This document shows positions 1-8,449 of a DNA stretch of 64,000 nt, one piece after another. Position 1 is the first letter of the stretch. Each line of letters opens with the position of its first letter. Both the position numbers and the translations under genes were made by a program. Source of the stretch: Gammaproteobacteria bacterium (GTDB lineage Bacteria; Pseudomonadota; Gammaproteobacteria; BTQY01); assembly GCA_036986115.1 (NCBI GenBank), contig BTQY01000003.1, positions 9,091-73,090 of the forward strand. Reading direction: 5' to 3'. Below the pieces are notes generated by a model. That model saw only the letters and a list, made by a program, of their open reading frames with translations, searched no databases and was not told where the DNA came from.

Positions 1-702
1 CAGGCTACGGGCCTGTAATTGTACATCCAGATCATCAATTGTTTCGGCCATGGCGATGCGGCCCTTGTTGATGATCAAGAAGCGATCGCAGACCGCCTGT
101 ACTTCGGGCAGGATATGGGTGGAGAGAATCACGCCGTGCTCTTTGCCAAGGTCATGGATCAGCTCGCGGATCTCACGGATCTGAATCGGATCCAGTCCCA
201 CGGTCGGCTCGTCGAGGATAATGACGGCAGGATTGTGGATGATCGCCTGGGCGATGCCGACCCGTTGCTGAAAGCCTTTTGACAGGTTGCCGATTAATCG
301 ATCACCTGCCTCGTCAAGACCGCAGCGCCGCCTGGCGCGGTGCACCGCATCGGCAATGTCTGTCTTTTTGACGCGATTGAGTCTGGCGCAATAGCTCAGG
401 TACTCGTTGACACTTAATTCTTTGTACAATGGCGGTTGCTCCGGCAGATAACCCAGTTCTGCCTTGGCCTTTTTGGGGGAATCCAGAATATCGATACCAT
501 TGATGCGCACCTGGCCAGTGCTCGGTGCCAGGTTACCGCTGATGATTTGCATCGCACTGGTCTTACCTGCGCCATTGGGTCCCAGCAGTCCGACAACTTC
601 GCCGCGATCGACATGGAAACTGACATCATTGACTGCGCAGGTGTCGCCGTAATAACGGCTGAGATGGTCGACCTGGATGAGTGTTTCTGTATTGATGGTC
701 AT
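1..702 (-). CDS. ABC transporter ATP-binding protein (ABC-2/NatA-like); C-terminus runs off the window
   Basis: My own minus-strand translation from the ATG at 702-700 gives MTINTETLIQVDHLSRYYGDTCAVNDVSF..GLLGPNGAGKTS (Walker A), LSKGFQQRVGIAQA (ABC signature) and IILDEPTVGLD (Walker B). It is missing from the ORF track because no stop lies in the window. Confidence 0.85.
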   Translation of the reverse strand, partial: MTINTETLIQVDHLSRYYGDTCAVNDVSFHVDRGEVVGLLGPNGAGKTSAMQIISGNLAPSTGQVRINGIDILDSPKKAKAELGYLPEQPPLYKELSVNEYLSYCARLNRVKKTDIADAVHRARRRCGLDEAGDRLIGNLSKGFQQRVGIAQAIIHNPAVIILDEPTVGLDPIQIREIRELIHDLGKEHGVILSTHILPEVQAVCDRFLIINKGRIAMAETIDDLDVQLQARSL

Positions 703-869
703 TGGGCCCATGAATATTCTATGCGTTGTTTATTCTATGCGATTCTGACCACCCAGTGCCACTCTGGTTCTATTGCCGTTCTATTCGGGTGCCGTGCCGG
801 TATGAAATTATTATGTGTTAATCTCGGCATCCATGAGCAGCCGGGATGAAGCAGACAGGATAATTCACT

Positions 870-2864
870 ATGTTGCTCGGTGTTGATACCGGGGGGACCT
901 TTACCGATTTTGTCCTCTATGATGGTGAGCGTCTGCGCATACACAAGGTATTATCTACGCCGGCCGCCCCTGAACAGGCCATCCTCCAGGGGATAGACGA
1001 TCTGCAACTGCGCGATAAGGGCCAGATACGGCAGGGGCTGATCGTCGTGCATGGCTCTACCGTGGCGACCAATGCGGTGCTGGAAGGCAAGGGTGTTCGT
1101 ACTGTCTATATCACCAATCGCGGACTCAGGGACGTTCTGAGTATTGGCCGCCAGGCCCGCCGCGAACTGTATAACCTGCAGCCACCGCCGCTGCAGGTCC
1201 CGTTTCCGAGGGAATTGTGTCTCGAAGTGGGCGGGCGTCTCGCTGCCGATGGCAGTGTGGTGGAGGCGTTGACCGAGTCCGATCTGGACAGTCTTGTCGA
1301 GGCCATTGCCTCTCTCAAGCCGCGCGCGGTCGCCATTAATCTCCTGTATTCATTCCTGGATGCTCGTCATGAGCAGGCGCTGGCTGCCAGGCTGCAAGCG
1401 AGCTTTGATGGCATCTTCGTGTCGTGTTCATCGCGGGTGTTAGCCGAATACAAGGAGTATGAGCGCGGCCTGGCGACCTGGCTGAATGCCTATGTGGGGC
1501 CGCTGATGCAGGGCTATCTGCAACGCCTGCAAGCCACGATACGACCTGCCTCTGTATCGGTCATGCAGGGCAGTGGTCAGACCATCGCGGCGGATCAGGC
1601 GGCGGACCAGGCGGTGCATTTGTTGCTGTCAGGCCCGGCTGGCGGGCTTGCCGGGGCCGCTTATGTTGGTCGTGCCTGTGGCCTCGAGCGCCTGCTGAGC
1701 TTTGATATGGGCGGCACCTCTACCGACGTTGCCTTAGTGGATGGCCAGATGCAGCAGATGCAATTGACCAGTGAGGGCCATATTGGCCCTTATCCTGTTG
1801 CGGTGGCGATGCTGGATATACACACCATCGGCGCCGGTGGTGGCTCTATTGCGCGGGTGGATCAGGGTGGCCTGTTACAGGTGGGGCCTGAGTCGGCCGG
1901 TGCAACCCCCGGTCCTGCCTGTTATGCCCAGGGGGGTCGGCAGGCGACCGTCACCGATGCCAATCTGGTGCTGGGTCGTTTGCGCGCAGAAGCCTTTTTA
2001 GGTGGTGAGATGAGCTTGCAGCTGGCGGCGGCGCGCGAGGCCATCGCGGTGCTCGCCGGGGTGCTGGGCGGCAGTATTGAGCAGACGGCGCTGGGCATCA
2101 TTCAAGTGGCCAATGAGCATATGGTCGGTGCACTGCGGGTCATCTCGGTACAGCGTGGTATAGATCCGGCGGAGTTTACCCTGGCGAGTTTCGGCGGTGC
2201 CGGCGGCCTGCATGTGTGTGCACTGGCAGAGGCCCTCAGGATGGGCTGCGCGCTGGTGCCAATACATGCGGGGGTATTATCCGCCCTGGGGATGCTGGTG
2301 GCCCCACAAGGCAGGCAACTGTCCCGCACCGTGATGGGCCGGCTTGAACAACTGGATCCGTCGGTGTTGCAGCGCGAATTCCAGCTGCTGGAAGATACTG
2401 GCAGGGAGGAACTGCTCCACGAGGGGCTGGCAGACGATGACATCCAGGCTGCTTCCAGTGTGGATTTACGCTATTTCGGCCAGTCCTATACACTGAATGT
2501 CCCCTGGCTGGGCATTAAGGCATCGATACAGGCCTTTCATGAGGCCCATCAAGCCCGTTACGGGCATCGTCTGGACGGGGCTGTGGAGTTGGTGAATCAG
2601 CGGGTCGCGGTCAGCGGTGTCGGGCATGAACTGACGTTGCAGGCGATGCATGCGACGCAGTCGGGCGACGCCAGGCCACAACCGGTACGACTTTACGCTA
2701 TCGAGCAGCAGGTCCCGATGCATACTCGTGAGCAGTTACCGATCAATAAAACCCTCCCGGGGCCACTGCTGATCACCGAGCGGGTATCGACCACCTTTGT
2801 CGCCGTCGGCTGGGCCTGTCGTCGCGACCCTATGGGCAATCTATTACTGACAAGAGAGGCCTGA
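870..2864 (+). CDS. Hydantoinase/oxoprolinase family protein (HyuA-type A subunit)
   Basis: 664 aa. The N-terminus MLLGVDTGGTFTDFVL and the internal FDMGGTSTDV are the two actin-fold ATPase phosphate motifs typical of hydantoinase A/oxoprolinase. Confidence 0.8.
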   Translation: MLLGVDTGGTFTDFVLYDGERLRIHKVLSTPAAPEQAILQGIDDLQLRDKGQIRQGLIVVHGSTVATNAVLEGKGVRTVYITNRGLRDVLSIGRQARRELYNLQPPPLQVPFPRELCLEVGGRLAADGSVVEALTESDLDSLVEAIASLKPRAVAINLLYSFLDARHEQALAARLQASFDGIFVSCSSRVLAEYKEYERGLATWLNAYVGPLMQGYLQRLQATIRPASVSVMQGSGQTIAADQAADQAVHLLLSGPAGGLAGAAYVGRACGLERLLSFDMGGTSTDVALVDGQMQQMQLTSEGHIGPYPVAVAMLDIHTIGAGGGSIARVDQGGLLQVGPESAGATPGPACYAQGGRQATVTDANLVLGRLRAEAFLGGEMSLQLAAAREAIAVLAGVLGGSIEQTALGIIQVANEHMVGALRVISVQRGIDPAEFTLASFGGAGGLHVCALAEALRMGCALVPIHAGVLSALGMLVAPQGRQLSRTVMGRLEQLDPSVLQREFQLLEDTGREELLHEGLADDDIQAASSVDLRYFGQSYTLNVPWLGIKASIQAFHEAHQARYGHRLDGAVELVNQRVAVSGVGHELTLQAMHATQSGDARPQPVRLYAIEQQVPMHTREQLPINKTLPGPLLITERVSTTFVAVGWACRRDPMGNLLLTREA

Positions 2865-2884
2865 ATTGAGCCGGGGGGACTAAG

Positions 2885-3367
2885 TCAGCGCAGCGGGGCC
2901 AGTTGACCACTCTGCAGATAGCGGCGGTAATCGGCCAGAATGACATCATGATCAAACGCCAGTGGCAGCGTGATCTCGTCTGGTGTTAGCAGCTGGATAT
3001 TAATCGCATCATCGGCCGCCCGGGGCGTCCCCATGCCGGGCCGGGCAGAGGCGATGTAGACCACGCTGACCGTGTGAAAGCGGCTGTCCCGATGTGGCGC
3101 TGAATAGCACCCCAGCAATCTGTCCAGGGTGACCTCGAGGCAGGTCTCCTCAAAGGCCTCTCGTCGAGCGGCGTCTTCCAGGGATTCACCTTCATCAACA
3201 AAGCCCCCGGGCAAGGCCCAGCCAAGTGGTGGATTGCGGCGCTCGATCAGCACGATACGGCGGTTATCGGCGGCATCCCCGTTATCCTCGTCATCACCGG
3301 CCTGTATCTCGATAATGATATCCACGGTGACAGGCGGTGTCTGTGGTGGTCTGAAAACCCGGTTCAT
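2885..3367 (-). CDS. NUDIX hydrolase
   Basis: Nudix box [26 protein letters not shown] (GX5EX7REUXEEXGU-like). Confidence 0.8.
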   Translation of the reverse strand: MNRVFRPPQTPPVTVDIIIEIQAGDDEDNGDAADNRRIVLIERRNPPLGWALPGGFVDEGESLEDAARREAFEETCLEVTLDRLLGCYSAPHRDSRFHTVSVVYIASARPGMGTPRAADDAINIQLLTPDEITLPLAFDHDVILADYRRYLQSGQLAPLR

Positions 3368-3535
3368 GGTGACAGACTATAGCCTCATCATGTATATTCG
3401 GGGAACCACTTTATTGATGGGGTATCGTTCATGTATACCCGCTATTTAACCATTTTACAGAAGTTGAGCTGTGCTGCTCATGCAATGGTGTACATGAGTG
3501 GAAAAAAACCGGGGGGTCTGCACCGGTCATATCGC

Positions 3536-3557
3536 TGGCACATCATTGGCACATCAT
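3536..3557 (+). promoter_or_regulatory. Exact 11-bp tandem repeat TGGCACATCAT x2 that also reads as a sigma-54-like -24/-12 element (TGGCAC-N5-TGGCA)
   Basis: TGGCAC at 3536-3541 and TGGCA at 3547-3551 give GG-N10-GC spacing, with one mismatch to the TGGCAC-N5-TTGCA consensus. It lies about 120 bp upstream of the 3670 start codon. Confidence 0.3.
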
Positions 3558-3669
3558 TAAAGACCGACCGTCTCCGGAAAATGTTTATTGCTGACCACGC
3601 AGGGTAAAGAAAAAGGACTGATATTGGTGCCTGTATCCTTAGTTACTTAATAACTTCAAGGAGAAGAAG

Positions 3670-5112
3670 ATGGAATTATTCCTGGTGCGTACAATGAAAC
3701 AAAGCAATGGGCCACTAAAGTGGGTAGTTACTACCTTTATTAGCGCCTGTATATTTTTCTTATTGACCGGGATAGCTGCGGCGGATATTCCTTACAGGGT
3801 TTCTGTCAAGTTTATTCTCGATTCAAATGGTAACCGGCCAGCTTCAGGAGACATTAATACCAATGCCGAGGTCAATGATCAGATAGATTTGGGGAATGAG
3901 GTACTGAGGAATATGTTCAGTGAACTTGGCATGGGCCTGGTGGAGATAGTGAATATTGCCGGGGTCAGCCAGCATTTTAATGACGCCATAAACGGAACAA
4001 ATAGAGACCAGATACGCAGTGACGCGTTGGGTAACACAGCCCTTTACGCCTGGCGCACTAACGCAATTAATATGTATATAGTGGGTAGCTCCGGCAGTGC
4101 TATAAGCAAATTTCCGCCCAATAATGATATTATTATGGTCGGCCAGAATATACGAACAACTACCGTTATTCACGAATCAGGCCATAGCCTCAACCTTATG
4201 CATACCCATGAAGGCGGCGGCGCCGATGGCTGTGCCGATACCATTCCCGATAACAAGGACTGGACAATTGATCAATTGTCTACAAATCAATATGGCGTTC
4301 CTTACGCCAGTCTAACCGCAGCACAACAAAACGTGGTGGATATGGTCTTTAACAATATCATGTCATACCATGGCCCCAGAGACCGTCTTTCACCCTGCCA
4401 GATGGACAGGATGAGTAACCAGGGTTATTCTGACAGGAGCTGGATGTATTCAAAAATACCGGTTTATGTGAGTACCACCAATCTTTGTCCCCTTCTCTGT
4501 AATGGATCCTGGGTATTTCCGTATAATAATGTTCAGACTGCTCTTAGTGGCGGGGGTCTCACTGGTAAAGGGCTTGTCCTGAAGCAGGGGAACTATTCCA
4601 TAACTCAGAATGCTATCAATTTCGATCTTGAAATTATTAGCCGTTCCGGGACTTCTAAAATTGATAAGGATGAGCCGCTATACACACTGCCAGTAATTAA
4701 TGAATCTCAAGCTCCCGGGGTGAGCACGGCGGCAAAGGCTGCCCAACAGGAAGACACTGCCGCAAGAAAGGTCGTTAGTGCAGGGGAGAAAAATGCAAAA
4801 TCGGCAATGAATAAGGTGGACCGCACCGCCATCCTGAATGCCGCAGAAGTAAAAAGAAAACAACATTCTGATAACGCAATGAATTATCTATTAGAGGCAG
4901 AAAGCTATGCTAGCGGTGATGAGAAGCTTGCCGCGCAATTAGAGCTGGCTCAGAGGTACAGATATGCCGGAAACTGCGGGCTTGCGATTAAATATTACAA
5001 CCTTGTGGCAAAGGGAACCGATCAAAAGCATTTAAAGGCGCGCGCGTTACGGCTCGTGGAAAAATGTAAGCAAGCATCAACGGCCGACAATTCAGCAAAC
5101 ACTGAGAAATAA
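3670..5112 (+). CDS. Secreted or membrane-anchored zinc metalloprotease, M43 (pappalysin/ulilysin-like) metzincin with a C-terminal helical-repeat tail
   Basis: N-terminal hydrophobic anchor WVVTTFISACIFFLLTGIAAA. HESGHSLNLMH (HExxHxxxxxH, nt 4171-4203) is followed by THEGGGADGCADTIPDN and a Met-turn-like NNIMSY. The C-terminus is a TPR-like helical region. AAGGAG SD lies 8 nt upstream. The gene is more AT-rich than its neighbours. Confidence 0.7.
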   Translation: MELFLVRTMKQSNGPLKWVVTTFISACIFFLLTGIAAADIPYRVSVKFILDSNGNRPASGDINTNAEVNDQIDLGNEVLRNMFSELGMGLVEIVNIAGVSQHFNDAINGTNRDQIRSDALGNTALYAWRTNAINMYIVGSSGSAISKFPPNNDIIMVGQNIRTTTVIHESGHSLNLMHTHEGGGADGCADTIPDNKDWTIDQLSTNQYGVPYASLTAAQQNVVDMVFNNIMSYHGPRDRLSPCQMDRMSNQGYSDRSWMYSKIPVYVSTTNLCPLLCNGSWVFPYNNVQTALSGGGLTGKGLVLKQGNYSITQNAINFDLEIISRSGTSKIDKDEPLYTLPVINESQAPGVSTAAKAAQQEDTAARKVVSAGEKNAKSAMNKVDRTAILNAAEVKRKQHSDNAMNYLLEAESYASGDEKLAAQLELAQRYRYAGNCGLAIKYYNLVAKGTDQKHLKARALRLVEKCKQASTADNSANTEK

Positions 5113-5141
5113 ACAATAGGCACGGATCTTTAGTGTGACAC

Positions 5142-5170
5142 AAAAAAGCCCGGTTTATACCGGGCTTTTT
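5142..5170. terminator. Bidirectional rho-independent terminator between the protease gene and rpmG
   Basis: A6-GCCCGG-tttata-CCGGGC-T5: a perfect 6-bp GC stem flanked by an A-run and a T-run, between two convergent genes. Confidence 0.75.
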
Positions 5171-5191
5171 ATCAATAGACTGTACCTAAGT

Positions 5192-5347
5192 TTATTTGAT
5201 CTTGGCTTCCTTGTAGACCACGTGTTTGCGGACCACCGGATCAAATTTCTTGATCTCCATCTTTTCAGGCATGGTGCGCTTGTTCTTGGTGGTGGTGTAA
5301 TAGTGACCAGTGCCGGCACTTGAAACAAGTTTGATTTTCTCACGCAT
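5192..5347 (-). CDS. rpmG: 50S ribosomal protein L33
   Basis: My own translation gives [51 protein letters not shown] (51 aa). It is below the ORF-track size cut-off. Confidence 0.93.
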   Translation of the reverse strand: MREKIKLVSSAGTGHYYTTTKNKRTMPEKMEIKKFDPVVRKHVVYKEAKIK

Positions 5348-5395
5348 AACGATTTCCCCAATTAAACCTTTTCGCTAATTAAAGCTTTTCGCTGA

Positions 5396-5632
5396 TTAAA
5401 CTTTTTCACCGCGCTTGCGCATGTCTGTCAGAACGGTATCGATACCGTTCTTATCGATGATACGCATGCCCTTGGAGCTCAGACGCAGCTTGATCCAACG
5501 GTTCTCACTCTCCACCCAGAAGCGGTGGGTATGAAGATTGGGCAGGAACCGCCGCCTGGTTCTGTTGTTGGCGTGGGAGACGTTATTTCCCGCCATGGGG
5601 CGTTTTCCCGTTACCTGACACACTCTGGACAT
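5396..5632 (-). CDS. rpmB: 50S ribosomal protein L28
   Basis: [60 protein letters not shown].. is near-collinear with E. coli L28. The second ATG was chosen as the start. Confidence 0.93.
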   Translation of the reverse strand: MSRVCQVTGKRPMAGNNVSHANNRTRRRFLPNLHTHRFWVESENRWIKLRLSSKGMRIIDKNGIDTVLTDMRKRGEKV

Positions 5633-5922
5633 CATATTTCTCCAAAAAATTTAATCTGCCAATAATAATCTGCCAACAATAATCCGACAGCATTCGCCGG
5701 TAGTGCCAATCTGTCGCAGCAATTATCGACAGCTGTCCACAGGCGCGAACCTGTGGGGGGCGAAGGCGGGGCATTGTACTAAAGATGACCATAGAGTTAC
5801 AAGCGGTCGGGTCGTTTGGCGTCGGCAATAATTATTATATTAAAATCAATATGTTAAGAACGTCATTTGGGCTGGCGTGGTGTTCAGGAAGCAGATGGAC
5901 TGTTTCCAGTGGCAAATAACGC

Positions 5923-6597
5923 CTATAACAGCCCCCTTTCAGCAAATGACACGCACTCCAGGTCACCAATCACCAGGTGGTCCAGTACCCGGATATCCAC
6001 CAGACCCAGGGCGTCCCGGAGTCGTCGCGTCAGCTGCTGGTCCGCCTGGCTGGGCTCGGCAATCCCGGACGGGTGATTATGCGCCAGGATGACGGCCGCC
6101 GCATTGTGCTGCATGGCCCTGCGCACGACTTCGCGGGGATGGACGCTGGCGCCATCAATCGTGCCGCGAAACAGTTCTTCGTAATCAATGACCCGGTGAC
6201 GGTTGTCCAGGAACAGGCAGGCAAAGATCTCCTGTGGATGGTGTCGGAGCCTGGCCATCAGGTAATTGCGGGTATCCAGCGGACAGCTGATGACGTCCTC
6301 GCGCTGGAGTTTCTCTGCCAGGTGCCGGCGCGTCAATTCCAGCGCGGCCTGCAATATCACATAGCTGCTCTGACCCACCCCCTTGGTCTGACACAATACG
6401 TCCTCAGGGGTCTCCAGGACACGGCGCAGACCACCGACGTCGATGAGTAATTGTCTGGCGAGATCCAGTGCGGTGACACCGGGTCGGCCGGTGCGCAGGA
6501 AAATGGCCAGTAGTTCGGCGTCAGACAGGGCAGCGGGGCCCCGTTGAAGAAGTTTCTCTCGTGGCCGCTCTGCCAGCGGCCAGTCAGTAATGGGCAT
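5923..6597 (-). CDS. radC: RadC-family JAB-domain protein (UPF0758)
   Basis: [31 protein letters not shown] plus the JAMM motif ILAHNHPSG..PSxAD. The start is set at the internal Met matching RadC N-termini. Confidence 0.88.
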   Translation of the reverse strand: MPITDWPLAERPREKLLQRGPAALSDAELLAIFLRTGRPGVTALDLARQLLIDVGGLRRVLETPEDVLCQTKGVGQSSYVILQAALELTRRHLAEKLQREDVISCPLDTRNYLMARLRHHPQEIFACLFLDNRHRVIDYEELFRGTIDGASVHPREVVRRAMQHNAAAVILAHNHPSGIAEPSQADQQLTRRLRDALGLVDIRVLDHLVIGDLECVSFAERGLL

Positions 6598-6759
6598 TGT
6601 AATGACCTCCATGTCAGTGTGAAGACTGCTTCGCTCGCTACGTCTTCATATACCTCGACCCATACTAGCCGGAATTATTGATGATTTAAATCCCTAATCC
6701 TGCGGGGATGGCCCTACAGGTGGGGAGTGCCGCAGGATATCTGTTAATATTGCCTGTCT

Positions 6760-7983
6760 ATGGAGTCACTGGCGCACAAGAACATATTGCTCGGGGTCAG
6801 CGGCAGCGTTGCTGCCTATAAGGCCGCGGAACTGGTACGTCGCCTGATTGAGGCGGGCGCCAGGGTCCAGGTGGTGATGACCACAGGTGCCCAGGTCTTC
6901 GTCACGCCAATGACTTTTCAGGCCCTGTCCGGCAGGCCCGTCAGGACGGAACTACTGGATACCGAGGCCGAGGCTGGTATGGGGCATATCGAACTGGCCC
7001 GATGGGCCGATGTGATCCTGGTGGCGCCTGCCAGCGCAGATTTTATCGCGCGCCTGGCGCAGGGGCGTGCCCAGGACCTGTTGAGCACGGTATGCCTTGC
7101 CTGCAAGGCACCGTTGGCGGTGGCGCCAGCGATGAACCAGGCGATGTGGGAAGACATGGCGACTCGGGACAATTGCCAGTTATTACAACAACGCGGTATC
7201 AAGCTGTTTGGCCCCGCTGAGGGCAGCCAGGCCTGTGGCGATGTGGGGCCCGGGCGCATGCTTGAGGCCGGGGACCTGGTGGAACTGACCGCCCAATTGT
7301 TTGAAACCGGTTCACTGACCGGTTTGACGGTGGTCATTACTGCCGGGCCCACCCGGGAGGACATCGACCCGGTACGGTTTATCAGTAACCGAAGCTCCGG
7401 AAAAATGGGCTATGCGATGGCAACGGCGGCGGTTGAAGCAGGTGCTAAAGTTATTCTGGTGAGCGGTCCAAGTCATGAAATGGCACCAGAAAATGCCCAA
7501 CTGTCGATGGTGAGAAGCGCACAGCAAATGTATGATGCGGTCATGGCCGTATTGGATGGTTGCGATATATTTATTGCCACGGCGGCGGTGGCCGATTACA
7601 AGCCTTCACAATCGTGTGATCACAAGATTAAACGTGGCAAGGGTGATATGACACTAACCCTTGAACCCACGCCGGACATCCTGGCATCAGTGGCCGCCAC
7701 AGGAAAAGGCATTTTTAGTGTGGGTTTTGCCGCTGAAACAAATGATATGGAGCGCTATGCCAGCGAAAAACGTAAAAGCAAAGGCATTGATATGGTGGTT
7801 GGCAATCAAGTTGGCCAGGGAGAGGACGCTATTAGTGTAGGCTTTGAAAGTGAGGATAATGAGGTTCAGGTGTTCTGGGAGGGGGATCAACAACGCTTTC
7901 CAAAAGAGAGAAAGACCAGCCTGGCTCGCCGCCTGATAGCAACTATTGCAGAGAGGTTTTATGCAAACAAAAATTCAGCTTAA
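6760..7983 (+). CDS. coaBC: Bifunctional phosphopantothenoylcysteine decarboxylase / phosphopantothenate-cysteine ligase
   Basis: 407 aa with a flavoprotein N-domain ([14 protein letters not shown]) and a CoaB C-domain ([25 protein letters not shown]). It sits in the conserved position before dut. Confidence 0.92.
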   Translation: MESLAHKNILLGVSGSVAAYKAAELVRRLIEAGARVQVVMTTGAQVFVTPMTFQALSGRPVRTELLDTEAEAGMGHIELARWADVILVAPASADFIARLAQGRAQDLLSTVCLACKAPLAVAPAMNQAMWEDMATRDNCQLLQQRGIKLFGPAEGSQACGDVGPGRMLEAGDLVELTAQLFETGSLTGLTVVITAGPTREDIDPVRFISNRSSGKMGYAMATAAVEAGAKVILVSGPSHEMAPENAQLSMVRSAQQMYDAVMAVLDGCDIFIATAAVADYKPSQSCDHKIKRGKGDMTLTLEPTPDILASVAATGKGIFSVGFAAETNDMERYASEKRKSKGIDMVVGNQVGQGEDAISVGFESEDNEVQVFWEGDQQRFPKERKTSLARRLIATIAERFYANKNSA

Positions 7984-8419
7984 GGTCCTGGATGAGCGTC
8001 TGGGGAAGGACATCCCGTTGCCAGAATACTCAACGGATGGTTCTGCCGGCCTGGATATGCGTGCCTGCCTTGATGAACCTTTGCAGCTTCAACCGGGCGA
8101 AACACATCTGATCCCGACCGGTATGGCAATTCATATCGCTGACCCGGGTCTTGCGGCAGTATTGTTACCACGCTCGGGCCTTGGTCATAAATATGGCATT
8201 GTGCTGGGTAATCTGGTTGGTTTAATAGATTCTGATTATCAGGGACAGGTATTTGTTTCTTGCTGGAATCGGGGCAATGAGGCATTCACCATCGAAATAG
8301 GTGAGAGAATTGCGCAGATGGTTTTTATTCCGGTGGTCCAGGCAGGCTTTGAAATTGTCTCTGACTTTGATGAGAGTCTGCGTGGCGAAGGCGGTTTCGG
8401 ACATTCCGGTCGTCACTGA
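7961..8419 (+). CDS. dut: dUTP diphosphatase
   Basis: [49 protein letters not shown]. The internal Met was chosen to match dUTPase length. Confidence 0.92.
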   Translation: MQTKIQLKVLDERLGKDIPLPEYSTDGSAGLDMRACLDEPLQLQPGETHLIPTGMAIHIADPGLAAVLLPRSGLGHKYGIVLGNLVGLIDSDYQGQVFVSCWNRGNEAFTIEIGERIAQMVFIPVVQAGFEIVSDFDESLRGEGGFGHSGRH

Positions 8420-8449
8420 TCCATATCAGGGTGTAACTTTGAGTTCTGC

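Noticed and set aside
19-849. Plus-strand track ORFs (19-282, 436-849, 464-652) at the left edge
   Set aside because: They lie antisense to, or overlap, a clear minus-strand ABC ATPase with Walker A, signature and Walker B motifs. Their translations have no motifs and skewed composition.
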